A stretch of DNA of 64,000 nt from an uncultured Trueperaceae bacterium (lineage in GTDB: Bacteria > Deinococcota > Deinococci > Deinococcales > Trueperaceae): the NCBI GenBank assembly GCA_963727505.1, contig CAVSGP010000004.1, forward strand, positions 992,001 through 1,056,000, written 5' to 3'. Position 1 is the stretch's first letter; the number at the start of each line of letters is the position of its first letter. This document shows positions 1 through 9,881 of this stretch, in pieces. The notes beneath the pieces were generated by a model. That model was not told the origin of the DNA and made no database searches. It was given only the letters and a program-made list of their open reading frames with translations. The position numbers were made by a program, and so were the translations under genes.

Positions 1-148
1 CCTCGATCTGCGCCGGGCGGGCGTTGCTCCCCAGGGCGGCTGCGGCGGGATCGGCGGGGACGATGTGGGAGATGAAGAAGGCGGCGAACCCGACCCCCCA
101 GACGACGAAGATCAGGTAGCCCAGGCGCCTCAGCAGGAAGGCGAGCAC
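1..148 (-). CDS. Peptide/dipeptide ABC transporter permease (DppB/OppB-like), 5' part; runs off the window edge
   Basis: GTG at 148 with GGAGG RBS at 153-157. Translation VLAFLLRRLGYLIFVVWGVGFAAFFISHIVPADPAAAALG is a typical DppB N-terminus. It follows an SBP gene. Confidence 0.85.
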   Translation of the reverse strand, partial: MLAFLLRRLGYLIFVVWGVGFAAFFISHIVPADPAAAALGSNARPAQIE

Positions 149-173
149 GGCACCTCCGAGGGGATAGCGGGGG

Positions 174-202
174 CGTGGGAGGGGCCAGGGGCCCCTCCCA
201 CG
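174..202 (-). terminator. GC-rich 13-bp stem-loop after the SBP gene (mRNA-stabilising or attenuating hairpin)
   Basis: CGTGGGAGGGGCC-agg-GGCCCCTCCCACG is a perfect inverted repeat with no U-tract. Confidence 0.55.
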
Positions 203-227
203 TCGGTCTCACGAGGTCTCGCGGACC

Positions 228-1817
228 TCAAGGCTGCTTGCTGATGGCCGTGTAGTCGACGTCGCCCTGCGCGCTGCGATCGAAGCCGTCCACCTTGGCG
301 GTGGTCACGATGGGCACGTTCGGCTGGTAGAGGATGGCGAAGGGACCGTTCTGCGCCACGTACTTGGTGAGCTGGGCGTAGAGGTCCTTGCGCTGCGCGG
401 GATCGGTGCTGGTCGCGGCCTCGGTGGCCAGCTTGGTGCCGGTGGCGTCGTTCCACACGTTGCGCCAGGCCAGCGACTTGGCGTTGTAGTCCGCCAGCGG
501 GCTGGCGTTGCCGTTCGGGTCGGGATAGTCCGGGCTCCACGCGGCCAGCACGAGCTGGGCGGCCTGCTGCCGGTAGATGGTGTAGAGCTGGGCGCCGGTG
601 GTCTGCTTGATGTTGGCGGTGATGCCGATCTTCGCCAGGTCGGACTGGACCTTCGCCGCCAGGTCGGCGCAGGGTATGCCGCCGCCGCAGGCGCCGGTGG
701 AGATGAGGAACTCGACCGTCATGCCGCCGGACTTGCCGGCCTCGGCCATGAGCTGCTTGGCCTTCTCGATGTCGTGCGTGTAGTACTGGGTGGTGTCGGC
801 GCCCATCAGGCCGTAGGGGATGATGGTCTGCATCTTGCGGCCCAGGCCCGCCAGCAGGTCGTTGATGATGCCGTCCTGATCGATGGCGTAGCGCACGGCG
901 TCGCGCACGCGGTTGTCCTCGAAGGGCGCGCCGGGGCCGGAGTTCATCCCCAGGTAGGACATCTGGAAGGTATCGGTCTTGAGCGTCTTCAGGTTGGGAT
1001 CGCTCTCGGCCTGCTTGAAGGCGTCGGGCGTGAAGTTGTAGGCGACGTCGATCTCACCGGAGGTGATGGCGGAGCGCTGGGCGTTGGACTCCTGCATGTT
1101 GCGCAGGATCACGCGCTTGATCGAGCCGGGGTTCGGGTACTCGGGGTTGGCCGACAGCACCACCTGCGAGCTGCGGTCCCAGCGGTCCAGCATGTACGGC
1201 CCCGAGCCGGCCGAGTGGTCGTTGAGCCACTTCTGGCCGTAGTCGTTACCGTCGACGTGCTTCTGTACCTCGGTGGCGTCCATGACGCCGCCGATGTTGA
1301 AGGTGAGCATGTTGAGGATGATCTGCGGGTTGACGCCCTTGGGCAGCGTGAGCTGCACCGTCTTGTCGTCGAGCGCCTTGGTGGAGCCCACCTTCATGCC
1401 GGCCACGTCGGTGAACAGGAAGGCCGACGGGCCGTTGATCTGGATGACGCGGTCGAACGACCACACCACGTCCTGCGCCGTCACCGTACGCCCCGTGGAG
1501 AACTTGGCGTCCTTGAGGTGGAAGGTGATGGTGCTGCCGCCGTCGGCCGTGCTGGCGATGTCCCAGCTGGTGGCCAGGCCGGGCACCACCTTCGAGAGGT
1601 CGGTGCCGTTGAACTGCACCAGCCGCTCGTAGATGTTGTCGTCGATGGGGGTGGACGAGAACTCGTAGGCCACGCCGGGATCGAGCGTGATCAGGTCGCT
1701 CCAGTCGCCGCCGATGACGAGGGTCTGCTGCTGCGCGGACTGCGCCGAGCCGAACGTCAGCAGCAGCGCCGCCGCGAGCGTAGCCAGGACCATCCATGAG
1801 GTGCGGAGTCGTACCAT
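228..1817 (-). CDS. ABC transporter substrate-binding protein, family 5 (peptide/nickel)
   Basis: Signal peptide; LITLDPG, YERLV, PGLATSW, GSGPY and RVRDAVRYAID motifs. ATG at 1817 with AAGGAGGA RBS. Confidence 0.92.
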   Translation of the reverse strand: MVRLRTSWMVLATLAAALLLTFGSAQSAQQQTLVIGGDWSDLITLDPGVAYEFSSTPIDDNIYERLVQFNGTDLSKVVPGLATSWDIASTADGGSTITFHLKDAKFSTGRTVTAQDVVWSFDRVIQINGPSAFLFTDVAGMKVGSTKALDDKTVQLTLPKGVNPQIILNMLTFNIGGVMDATEVQKHVDGNDYGQKWLNDHSAGSGPYMLDRWDRSSQVVLSANPEYPNPGSIKRVILRNMQESNAQRSAITSGEIDVAYNFTPDAFKQAESDPNLKTLKTDTFQMSYLGMNSGPGAPFEDNRVRDAVRYAIDQDGIINDLLAGLGRKMQTIIPYGLMGADTTQYYTHDIEKAKQLMAEAGKSGGMTVEFLISTGACGGGIPCADLAAKVQSDLAKIGITANIKQTTGAQLYTIYRQQAAQLVLAAWSPDYPDPNGNASPLADYNAKSLAWRNVWNDATGTKLATEAATSTDPAQRKDLYAQLTKYVAQNGPFAILYQPNVPIVTTAKVDGFDRSAQGDVDYTAISKQP

Positions 1818-1929
1818 GGTTCCTCCTTCAAGGTGTTGGTCCCGCCATCTTATCCCCAACAGCGGCGGCAGGAGGGACCTCCCCGCCAGCGCGACGGTCC
1901 GGCGGCCGGCGCGCTGACGGGCGTCGCCA

Positions 1930-2964
1930 TCAGGTCCAGTCCAGAATGACCTTCCCCGACCGCCCCGAGCGCATGGTGTCGAAGGCCTGCTGGAAGTCGT
2001 CCACGGCGAAGCGGTGGGTGATCACGGGCGCCAGGTCGAGCCCCGCCTGCAGCATGGCGGACATCTTGTACCAGGTGTCGAACATCTCACGGCCGTAGAT
2101 GCCGCGGATCTCGAGCCCCTTGAAGATGATCCGGTTGAAGTCGACGCCGATGGGCGCTCCCGGGATCCCCAGCAGTGCGATCTTGCCGCCGTGGTTGATC
2201 GACGCCAGGATCTGCTCGAAGGCCCCCTGTGCCCCCGACATCTCCAGCACCACGTCGAAACCCTCCGTCATGCCGAGCTCCGCCATCACGTCCTTCAGGT
2301 CGGCATCGGGCCGGGACACGTCGACCGCGCGGTCGACCGCGCCCATGCGCTCCGCCATGGCGAGACGCTCGGCGTTGACGTCGGTGATGACGACGTAGCG
2401 GGCGCCCACGAAGCGGGCAACGGCCGCGGCCATCAGGCCGATCGGACCGGCGCCGGTCACCAGCACGTCCTCCCCGACCAGGGGGAACGCCAGCGCCGTG
2501 TGCACGGCGTTGCCGAAGGGGTCGAGGATGGCCGCCCAGTCGTCGGGGATTCCGTCCGGGACCTTGAAGGCGTTCCCTGCCGGCAGCACGAAGCGTTCGG
2601 CGAAAGCCCCGGGCCGGTCGACGCCGACGCCCTGGGTGTTGCGGCAGAGGTGGCGGCGGCCGGCGCGGCAGTTCCGGCAGTGGCCGCAGGTGATGTGCCC
2701 CTCGCCGGAGACGCGATCGCCGGGCGCGTAACCCTGCACCTCGGAGCCGACCGCCTCGACCACCCCGACGTACTCGTGGCCGGTGATCATGGGGATGGGA
2801 AGGGTGCGCTGGGCCCAGGCGTCCCAGTTGTAGATGTGCACGTCGGTACCGCAGATGGAGGTGTGGGTGATGCGCAGTTGCAGGTCGTTCGGCCCCATCT
2901 CCGGCTCGGGGGCGTCGATCCTCCACATGCCCTCGCGGGGGTGGAGTTTGGCGAGCGCCTTCAC
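1930..2964 (-). CDS. tdh: L-threonine 3-dehydrogenase
   Basis: [28 protein letters not shown] zinc motif, GAGPIG and [14 protein letters not shown]. Overlaps the kbl stop (GTGA). Confidence 0.96.
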   Translation of the reverse strand: MKALAKLHPREGMWRIDAPEPEMGPNDLQLRITHTSICGTDVHIYNWDAWAQRTLPIPMITGHEYVGVVEAVGSEVQGYAPGDRVSGEGHITCGHCRNCRAGRRHLCRNTQGVGVDRPGAFAERFVLPAGNAFKVPDGIPDDWAAILDPFGNAVHTALAFPLVGEDVLVTGAGPIGLMAAAVARFVGARYVVITDVNAERLAMAERMGAVDRAVDVSRPDADLKDVMAELGMTEGFDVVLEMSGAQGAFEQILASINHGGKIALLGIPGAPIGVDFNRIIFKGLEIRGIYGREMFDTWYKMSAMLQAGLDLAPVITHRFAVDDFQQAFDTMRSGRSGKVILDWT

Positions 2965-4154
2965 GCGATCACTCCGAGGTCACGGCCGACGCGCGTGAAG
3001 GCGTCGACCGCGCGCTGGAGCTGCTCGCGGGTGTGGAGCGCCGACATCTGGGTGCGGATGCGGGCCTGCCCGTTGGGCACCACCGGGTAGGAGAACCCGA
3101 TGACGTAGATACCCTCCTCGGCGAGCAACTTCTCGGCCATGGCGGTGGCCAGCGCGGCGTCCCCGATCATGACGGGGATGATGGGGTGACCCTCGCCCGC
3201 AAGCGTGAAGCCCGCGCGCGTCATCGCCTCCCGGAAGAAGACGCTGTTCTCGCCCAGGCGCGTGCGCAGGTCGCCCGAGCGCTCGAGCAGCTCGAGGACC
3301 GCCAGCGACGCCGCCACCACGGCGGGCGCCACGGAATTGGAGAACAGGTAGGGCCGGCTGCGCTGCCGCAGCCACGCCACGATCTCCTTGCGCCCGCTGG
3401 TGTAGCCGCCGGACGCGCCCCCGAGGGCCTTGCCGAGCGTGCCGGTGAGGATGTCCACGCGTCCCATCACGCCGCGGAGCTCATGGGTGCCTCGACCCCG
3501 CTCCCCCAGGAAGCCGACGGCGTGGCTGTCGTCGACCATCACCATGGCGTCGTGGCGCTCTGCAAGGTCGCAGATCGCCTCCAGATCGGCGACCACGCCG
3601 TCCATCGAGAACACGCCGTCGGTGGCGATCAGCCGGTAGCGGGCGTCCGTCGCGGCCTCGAGCTGGCGCTCCAGGTCCGCCATGTCGTTGTTGGCGTAGC
3701 GGAAGCGCCGGGCCTTGCTGAGCCGCACCCCGTCGATGATGCTGGCGTGGTTGAGGGCGTCGCTGATGATGGCGTCTTCGGGACCCAGGAGGGCCTCGAA
3801 GAGCCCGCCGTTGGCGTCGAAGCATGAGGAGTAGAGGATGGTGTCCCCGGTGCCGAGGAAGCTGCTGATGCGCTCCTCGAGCTGCTTGTGGATGTCCTGC
3901 GTGCCGCAGATGAAGCGGACCGAGGCCATCCCGAAGCCACGCTCCTCGATGCCGCGCTGAGCCGCCTCCATCACCGCGGGGTGGTTGGCCAGCCCGAGGT
4001 AGTTGTTGGCACAGAAGTTGAGCACCTCCCCGCCGCCCTCGACCGTGATGGTCGCTTGCTGTTGGGAGGTGATGATGCGCTCGCCCTTGAAGAGCCCTCC
4101 GTCGCGTAGCTCGTCGAGCCGCTTCTCCAGGTCATCGAGGTAGTCGCGTCCCAT
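2961..4154 (-). CDS. kbl: 2-amino-3-ketobutyrate CoA ligase (glycine C-acetyltransferase)
   Basis: [29 protein letters not shown] lysine in GTLGKALGG, and [14 protein letters not shown] at 4154 after GGAGG. Confidence 0.96.
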   Translation of the reverse strand: MGRDYLDDLEKRLDELRDGGLFKGERIITSQQQATITVEGGGEVLNFCANNYLGLANHPAVMEAAQRGIEERGFGMASVRFICGTQDIHKQLEERISSFLGTGDTILYSSCFDANGGLFEALLGPEDAIISDALNHASIIDGVRLSKARRFRYANNDMADLERQLEAATDARYRLIATDGVFSMDGVVADLEAICDLAERHDAMVMVDDSHAVGFLGERGRGTHELRGVMGRVDILTGTLGKALGGASGGYTSGRKEIVAWLRQRSRPYLFSNSVAPAVVAASLAVLELLERSGDLRTRLGENSVFFREAMTRAGFTLAGEGHPIIPVMIGDAALATAMAEKLLAEEGIYVIGFSYPVVPNGQARIRTQMSALHTREQLQRAVDAFTRVGRDLGVIA

Positions 4155-4579
4155 GACTGCTCCTCCCGGCATGGGGCCAAGCGAGGCGCACGCCCCCGCT
4201 CTCGCGTAGGAGCCCCCGTCCACGCTACCGCGCCGCCCGGCGCCGTGCGCGAAGACGCACCGACCGTTGCGCCAGACGACCACGGAGCCATCGACCGTGG
4301 CCACCATCCGGACGCCTGCACGTCCCCCTGGTGTGACGCGAGAGAGGCCGTCAGGCACGTCCCATGCTACCGTCATGGTCAGCGATACGAAGCGCCGGAC
4401 CGGTCGGTCGCGCCCTCCTCGTTCCCGTTCCATCTTCAACGACCGAAGCAAGCACACGGCGTTCGATCGCGATTTCCGGTTCGTCGCCCGCGAGCCGCAG
4501 CGTGGCATAGCTGCACCCCGCCGCTGAACCCCGCCACGATGCCGCCCCCGGACCCGAACTCCGAAGCGAGGGGACGACC

Positions 4580-4777
4580 ATGAACTGGGATCAGATCCAA
4601 GGCAAGTGGAAGCAGTTCACCGGGGAAGTGCAATCCAACTGGGGCAAGCTCACGAACGACGACCTCCAGGAGGTCAAGGGCGACCGCACCAAGCTCTCCG
4701 GCAAGCTCCAGGAACGCTATGGCGTCACGAAGGAAGAAGCGGACCGTCAGATCGACCACTGGATGAAGAAGCACTGA
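4580..4777 (+). CDS. csbD: CsbD-family general stress protein
   Basis: [29 protein letters not shown]...GKLQERYG is the CsbD/YjbJ signature. Confidence 0.93.
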   Translation: MNWDQIQGKWKQFTGEVQSNWGKLTNDDLQEVKGDRTKLSGKLQERYGVTKEEADRQIDHWMKKH

Positions 4778-5089
4778 CGGCCGGTTGCGGCCCTGTGCCG
4801 TTGCGGGCGCCGGCACAGGCCGCCTCGCTGGGGGACGCACGCCGCACCCTCGGTGGGAGCCACGCCGCGCTTCCCACGTCACGTCGCGTCCGCGGCGCCG
4901 GTGCTAGCGTCGAAGCGTACCAGGACGGCCCATCCCGGGGCGCCCGGCTCCCGTTCCGGTCGCCGCCGGGTAACCGAACGGGCGACAGTGCGGGCCGGTG
5001 GACGGGGCTCCCGCCTCGCAACCGGAAGTGCACGGTCGCTCGGTCCCGAAGAGCAGCAACACCCGATCCCATAACAGGCAGGTGATCCC

Positions 5090-5407
5090 ATGGCACAGAC
5101 GAGCGATGTTCAACACGAGATCGACAGCCTCAAGGCCGATCTGAAGTCCCTGCGAGACGACCTCTCCGAGCTATCGAAGGCGGGTGGCAAGGCGGCCGGT
5201 GACAGCGTGCAGGCCGCTCGAGACTCCCTCCGCGAGGAGGCCGACAAGCTCATCGAGCGCTTGAAGAAGACCGCTTCCTCCGTGCAGGAGGAGGGTGAGC
5301 ACGTCGCCGGGCAGGTGCGCGACGAGGTCACAGAGAAGCCGCTCCCATCGCTCTTGACCGCTTTCGGGGTCGGCGCGTTGCTGGGGTGGCTCGTGTCGCG
5401 CAAGTAG
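5090..5407 (+). CDS. ElaB/YqjD/DUF883-family tail-anchored protein
   Basis: Coiled-coil N-terminus (LKADLKSLRDDLSEL) and a C-terminal TM tail, KPLPSLLTAFGVGALLGWLVSRK. Confidence 0.85.
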   Translation: MAQTSDVQHEIDSLKADLKSLRDDLSELSKAGGKAAGDSVQAARDSLREEADKLIERLKKTASSVQEEGEHVAGQVRDEVTEKPLPSLLTAFGVGALLGWLVSRK

Positions 5408-5686
5408 ATGCGCGCCGCCTTCGCCGACGTCCTCATCGCGGCGCTCGAGCTGCTGGAGGCCGAGGCGCGCAGCGCCCGCAAGGGTCTGACGCGCGCGGCC
5501 GGCGCCGTCGCGCTGCTGGCGGCCGCCGCGCTCCTCGCGCTCGGAGCCGCCGCCCTGCTCGCTTGGGCGCTGTTGACGGCACTCTATCCGGTGATGGCGC
5601 CACCCCTGGCGCGCCTGCTCACGGGGTTCGGCGTCCTCATCGCCTCGGGAGGTCTCTTGTGGGCCGCCAGCCGCATGAACCGCTGA
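5408..5686 (+). CDS. Small two-TM membrane protein, YqjE/phage-holin-like family
   Basis: Abuts the DUF883 gene (TAG-ATG). LELLEAE motif followed by two hydrophobic helices. Occupies the yqjE position of yqjD-yqjE-yqjK operons. Confidence 0.7.
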   Translation: MRAAFADVLIAALELLEAEARSARKGLTRAAGAVALLAAAALLALGAAALLAWALLTALYPVMAPPLARLLTGFGVLIASGGLLWAASRMNR

Positions 5687-5895
5687 GTATCGCCGACGCC
5701 AAGGCGCGTCTTCGCCGCGCGGCGGCTGCAGGGGCCTCCGGCCCCGGCGAGACCGCTGTGGGCGGCGTGCGCCTGTTCGCCCGCACCCGCCCCTGGGTCG
5801 CGCTGGGTGCGGCCCTAGCCGCGGGGGTCGTAGTGGGCGCATCGAAACGCGCCCGCGCAGAACTCCCCCGACTGCTGCTACGCCTCCTCGGCTGA
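5683..5895 (+). CDS. Small YqjK-like protein (start uncertain; possible CTG start)
   Basis: SIADAKARLRRAA...RTRPWVALGAALAAGVVVG...LLLRLLG. An in-frame CTG overlaps the upstream stop (CTGA). Confidence 0.55.
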   Translation: MSIADAKARLRRAAAAGASGPGETAVGGVRLFARTRPWVALGAALAAGVVVGASKRARAELPRLLLRLLG

Positions 5896-5905
5896 CCCGC
5901 CGGCG

Positions 5906-8335
5906 TCATTCACCGTACGGCACCCAGATGTTCTTCACGCGGGTGGCGCGGCGCAGGTACTCCGCGCCCTCACCCTGCTCGGCGTCGAACCAGTCGCGGC
6001 GCTTGCCGTAGTTGACCCAGGTGGCCTTGAGGTTGTCCGCGCTCTCACGCTCCACCGCCGTCGAGCCCTCGGCCGAGCCCACGTACCACATCGAGGCCAC
6101 GTCGGCGTGCCGCGCCAGCACCGCGGCGAGCTCGTCTCGGTCGCCGGTGACGATGTTGAGGGCCCCGGCAGGGAGATCGCTCGTGTCTATCACCTGATAG
6201 AAGTCGGTAGCGGCCAGCGGCCAGCGCGACGAAGGGACGGCCACGACGCGGTTGCCCATCGCCAGCGGCGGGGCCACGAGCGACACGAACGCCAGGAGCG
6301 GAGCCTCGTCGGGGCAAGCCACCGCCATCACGCCCCACGGCTCGGGCATGGCGAGCGTCACGTTGCGCAGCGGCGTTGCGTGCACGGCGCCGTCGAACTT
6401 GTCGGCGTGCGCCGCGTACAGGAACAGTCGCCGCACGCTCGCCGCGACCTCCCGTTCGGCGTCGGCCTTGCGCGCGCCGGTCATGGCGCGCAGCCGGGCG
6501 GCGAACTCGGCGGCGCGCGCATCCAGGTTCTCGGCCAGGAAGTAAAGCACTTGCGCCCGGTTGTGGGCCGTCGCCTTCGACCAGGCCACCCCCTTGCGCG
6601 CGGCCTCGACGGCGTTGCGCACGTCCTTGCGGTTGCCGAGCGGGGCCTCCCCCAGATGCGTTCCGTCGGCACCGAGCACCGGGTAGCTGTAGTTGCCGTC
6701 GGGGCGGGTCTGCTTGCCGCCCACGTAGAGCTTGGCCGTACGGTCGATGGCGCCGCCTTCCGGGGCTGGTGTGCCGGCACCCAGCGCCGCGCCACCGGCG
6801 GCGCCGCCGAGCTCTCCCTCGCCATAGGGCTCGAGCCGCGCCTCCCACGACGGCTTCAGGTACTCGAACATCCCCTCGCGTCCGCCCTCGCGCCCGAAGC
6901 CCGACTCGCGGTAGCCGCCGAAGCCACTGGCGGCGTCGAAGACGTTGGTGCAGTTCACCCACACCACACCTGCTTCCAGCTTGGGCGCGACGTCCAGCGC
7001 CAGGTTGACGTTCTCCGTCCATACGCTCGCCGCGAGCCCGTAACGGGTGTTGTTGGCCAGCTCGACGGCCTCGGCCGGCGTGCGGAAGGTCATGCTCACG
7101 ATGACGGGGCCGAAGATCTCCTCCTGCGCTGCGGCCGAGGAGGGCGCCACCTCGCTGAACAGCGTCGGCGGGAAGTACAGGCCACCGCTATCGGAGACCT
7201 CCGCCGCCCACGAGGGCTGATAGCAACGGCCGCCCTCGGCCTTGCACTGCTCCACCAGGCGCGTGATCTTCTCGAGCTGCACCGGCGCGACGATGGCACC
7301 GATATCCATGGCCTTGTCCAGCGAAGGCCCCTCGCGCAGCGTCTCCATGCGGGCCCGGAGCTTCTCCTCCATGCGTGCGGACACGCTCTCCTGCACGAGC
7401 AGGCGGCTGCCGGCGCAGCACACCTCGCCCTGGTTGAACCAGATGGCGTCCACCACACCCTCCACCGCGCTGTCCAGGTCGGCGTCGTCGAAGACGATGA
7501 AGGGGCTCTTGCCGCCCAGCTCGAGCGACAGCTTCACGCCCCGGCCCGCGGTGGCCTGCCGGATGATGCGCCCCACCTCGGTGGAGCCCGTGAACGCCAC
7601 CTTGGCGAGACCCTCGTGCGCCACCAGCGCGGCGCCGGTGCGTCCGTCGCCGGTCACCACGTTGAGCACGCCGGCCGGCAGACCCGCCTCGGCGGCGATC
7701 TCCGCGAAGGCCAGCGCCGTGAGCGGCGTGAACTCGGCCGGCTTCAGCACCACCGTGTTGCCCGCGGCCAGCGCCGGCGCCACCTTCCAGGCCAGCATCA
7801 GCAGCGGGAAGTTCCAGGGGATCACCTGGCCGCACACCCCGACCGGCTCGTAGCCGGCGAACGCGCTGTCCCGGAGCTGCGCCCAGCCCGCATGGTGGTA
7901 GAAGTGACGCGCCACCAGCGGAACGTCGATGTCACGCGTCTCGCGGATGGTCTTGCCGTTGTCGAGCGCCTCCAGCACCGCCAGCAGGCGCGCGTGCTTC
8001 TGCACGTGACGCGCCAGCGCGTAAAGGTGCCGCGAGCGCTCGAAGGGGGTCAGCGCCTGCCACGCCGGCAGCGCCTCCTTCGCGGCGCGCACGGCCGCGT
8101 CGACGTCGGCCTCGCCACCCTGCGCCACCTGCGCGAGCTCCGCACCGTCGCCCGGGTGCGTCGTCGCGAAGCGCTCCCCGTCGGCGGGGTCGATGAAGCG
8201 CCCGCCCACGAAGTGCCCGAAGCTGCGCTGGTGGCGCTCCAGCCAGGCCTGCGCGACCTCATCGCTCTCGGGCGCCGGGCCGTACTCCATGGTCTCGAAG
8301 ATCGCTTTCACGGTCGGTTCCGCGGTCCTGCTCAT
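5906..8335 (-). CDS. ALDH16-type aldehyde dehydrogenase (catalytic ALDH plus a C-terminal second, non-catalytic ALDH-like domain)
   Basis: 809 aa. The first unit has PWNFP, FTGSTEVG, LELGGKSP, EVCCAGSR and EEIFGP. The second unit (LYVGGKQTRPD...PEPWGV) lacks the catalytic Cys region. Co-operonic with deoC. Confidence 0.9.
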   Translation of the reverse strand: MSRTAEPTVKAIFETMEYGPAPESDEVAQAWLERHQRSFGHFVGGRFIDPADGERFATTHPGDGAELAQVAQGGEADVDAAVRAAKEALPAWQALTPFERSRHLYALARHVQKHARLLAVLEALDNGKTIRETRDIDVPLVARHFYHHAGWAQLRDSAFAGYEPVGVCGQVIPWNFPLLMLAWKVAPALAAGNTVVLKPAEFTPLTALAFAEIAAEAGLPAGVLNVVTGDGRTGAALVAHEGLAKVAFTGSTEVGRIIRQATAGRGVKLSLELGGKSPFIVFDDADLDSAVEGVVDAIWFNQGEVCCAGSRLLVQESVSARMEEKLRARMETLREGPSLDKAMDIGAIVAPVQLEKITRLVEQCKAEGGRCYQPSWAAEVSDSGGLYFPPTLFSEVAPSSAAAQEEIFGPVIVSMTFRTPAEAVELANNTRYGLAASVWTENVNLALDVAPKLEAGVVWVNCTNVFDAASGFGGYRESGFGREGGREGMFEYLKPSWEARLEPYGEGELGGAAGGAALGAGTPAPEGGAIDRTAKLYVGGKQTRPDGNYSYPVLGADGTHLGEAPLGNRKDVRNAVEAARKGVAWSKATAHNRAQVLYFLAENLDARAAEFAARLRAMTGARKADAEREVAASVRRLFLYAAHADKFDGAVHATPLRNVTLAMPEPWGVMAVACPDEAPLLAFVSLVAPPLAMGNRVVAVPSSRWPLAATDFYQVIDTSDLPAGALNIVTGDRDELAAVLARHADVASMWYVGSAEGSTAVERESADNLKATWVNYGKRRDWFDAEQGEGAEYLRRATRVKNIWVPYGE

Positions 8336-8889
8336 GCGCTACGCTCCTGACGCTGCCATTCGCTGCGCAGCAGGCCGAACACCTCCAGATCGGCGGGTTC
8401 GCCCCCGCCGACCGGATGCACCGCTCGCAGCGTGCCCTCGTGTCGGAATCCGAGCCGCTCGGCGACGCGACGGCTGGGGATGTTGTCCGGCTGGCACCGG
8501 ATCTCCACCCGGTTGAGGCCGTACTCCTCGAACATGACCCGCGTCAGTCCGGCCACCGCGCGCGTGACGACGCCGCGGCCGGACGCGCGCCGCGCGATCC
8601 AGTAGCCGAACTCGGTGCGGCCCACCACCCGGTCGAGATAGTGCACGCCCAGCATGCCGACCAGCTCATCATCGAGCCACATCCCCGTCTCGAACCCGTT
8701 GCCGCGCGCGAACTTCTCCAGCGCGCCCCGCAAGAAGGCCTGCACCGCCGCCTCGTCGGTGGACAGCGCCCACGGCAGGAACCGGCCCAGGTGCTCGCGG
8801 TTCTCCCCGACCAGGGACGCCAGCAGGGGTGCATGACGCTCCTCGAGAAGCACCAGGGAGAGGGAGTCGTCGAGCGGCAGACGGAACAT
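8332..8889 (-). CDS. GNAT N-acetyltransferase, RimJ/RimL family
   Basis: ENREHLGRFLPW, EFGYWI, GRGVVTRAV, RVEIRC and NIPSRRVAERLGFRHEG. Overlaps both neighbours (TGATG, ATGA). Confidence 0.9.
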   Translation of the reverse strand: MFRLPLDDSLSLVLLEERHAPLLASLVGENREHLGRFLPWALSTDEAAVQAFLRGALEKFARGNGFETGMWLDDELVGMLGVHYLDRVVGRTEFGYWIARRASGRGVVTRAVAGLTRVMFEEYGLNRVEIRCQPDNIPSRRVAERLGFRHEGTLRAVHPVGGGEPADLEVFGLLRSEWQRQERSA

Positions 8890-9881
8890 CAGCCCACCGG
8901 GTGCCGGAAGCCGGCGGAGTAGCGGCCCGTGAGGCCGTGCTCGAGCTGGCGCTCGATGTCGGCGAGCAGCGAGCTCGCCCCGATGCGGAAGAGGTCGGGC
9001 TCGAGCCACCGGCGCCCCAGCTCCTCGCGCATCAGCGCCAGCCAGACCAGGGCGTCCTTGGCCGTGCGCAGGCCGCCCGCGGGCTTGAAGCCCACGGCAA
9101 CGCCGGTACGCTCGTAGTACGCGCGGATGGCCCGCATCATCACCAGCCCGACCGGTAGCGTCGCGTTCACGCTCTCCTTGCCGGTCGAGGTCTTCACGAA
9201 GTCGGCGCCCGCCATCATCGCCACCAGGCTGGCCCGGTAGACGTTGCGTAGCGTGCCCAGCTCGCCGGTGGCCAGGATGGTCTTGAGGTGCGACTCGCCG
9301 GCCGCGTCGCGGAAAGCGCGCACCTCGTCGTAGAGCGCCTGCCAGTCGCCGGTGAGCACGTGACGGCGCGAGATCACGATGTCGATCTCGGCGGCGCCCG
9401 CACGCACGCTGCGGTCGATCTCCTCGAGGCGCGTCTCGAACGGCGAGAGCCCCGCCGGGAAGCCTGCGGAGACAGCGGCCACCGGTACGCCGGTGCCGCG
9501 CAGGGCCTCCACCGCCACCGGCACCATGTCGTGGTAGACGCAGACGGCTGCCGTGGTGAGGCCGGCGTCCGCCATGTCCATCGCCTCCAGCAGATCGCGC
9601 CGCACGGGATGCAACGCCTTGGCGCACAGCCGCCGCACCCGTCCGGGCGTGTCGTCGCCCGACAGCGTGGTGAGATCGATCAGGCGGATCGCGCGCAGCA
9701 GCCAGGCCAGCTGCCACTGCTTCTTCACGCTCCGGCGGGCGGGCAGCGTCGCGGCCCGGCGCTCGACGGCGCTGCGATTGACATGCGCGTCGCGGACCCA
9801 GTCGAGCGTCAGGGCCATGCCGGGGTTGCGCTTTTCGACCCCGTGCAGCGCCCGCTCTGCGGTGTCGCTCCCGATGTTCAT
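8889..9881 (-). CDS. deoC: Deoxyribose-phosphate aldolase (long, DERA-like type)
   Basis: IDLTTLSGDDT, AAVCVY, GFPAG, EIDIVI, KTILATGEL, FVKTSTGK, GFKPAGG and FRIGASSLL. Confidence 0.95.
   Translation of the reverse strand: MNIGSDTAERALHGVEKRNPGMALTLDWVRDAHVNRSAVERRAATLPARRSVKKQWQLAWLLRAIRLIDLTTLSGDDTPGRVRRLCAKALHPVRRDLLEAMDMADAGLTTAAVCVYHDMVPVAVEALRGTGVPVAAVSAGFPAGLSPFETRLEEIDRSVRAGAAEIDIVISRRHVLTGDWQALYDEVRAFRDAAGESHLKTILATGELGTLRNVYRASLVAMMAGADFVKTSTGKESVNATLPVGLVMMRAIRAYYERTGVAVGFKPAGGLRTAKDALVWLALMREELGRRWLEPDLFRIGASSLLADIERQLEHGLTGRYSAGFRHPVG

Noticed and set aside
4155..4370. Glycine riboswitch upstream of kbl-tdh
   Set aside because: I could not find the GGAGA...CCGAAG...CTCTCAGG consensus elements by eye.
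5016..5025. TCGCAACCGG, matching 10 bp of the LacI operator at 29446
   Set aside because: The second half-site is absent (AAGTGC follows) and the context is unrelated; probably chance.
5408..5686. Holin-like gene as a prophage remnant
   Set aside because: No other phage genes are present; it fits the yqjD-yqjE-yqjK module.
6107..8350. 747-aa plus-strand ORF
   Set aside because: Antisense shadow of the ALDH16 gene; a high-GC artefact with no recognisable motifs.
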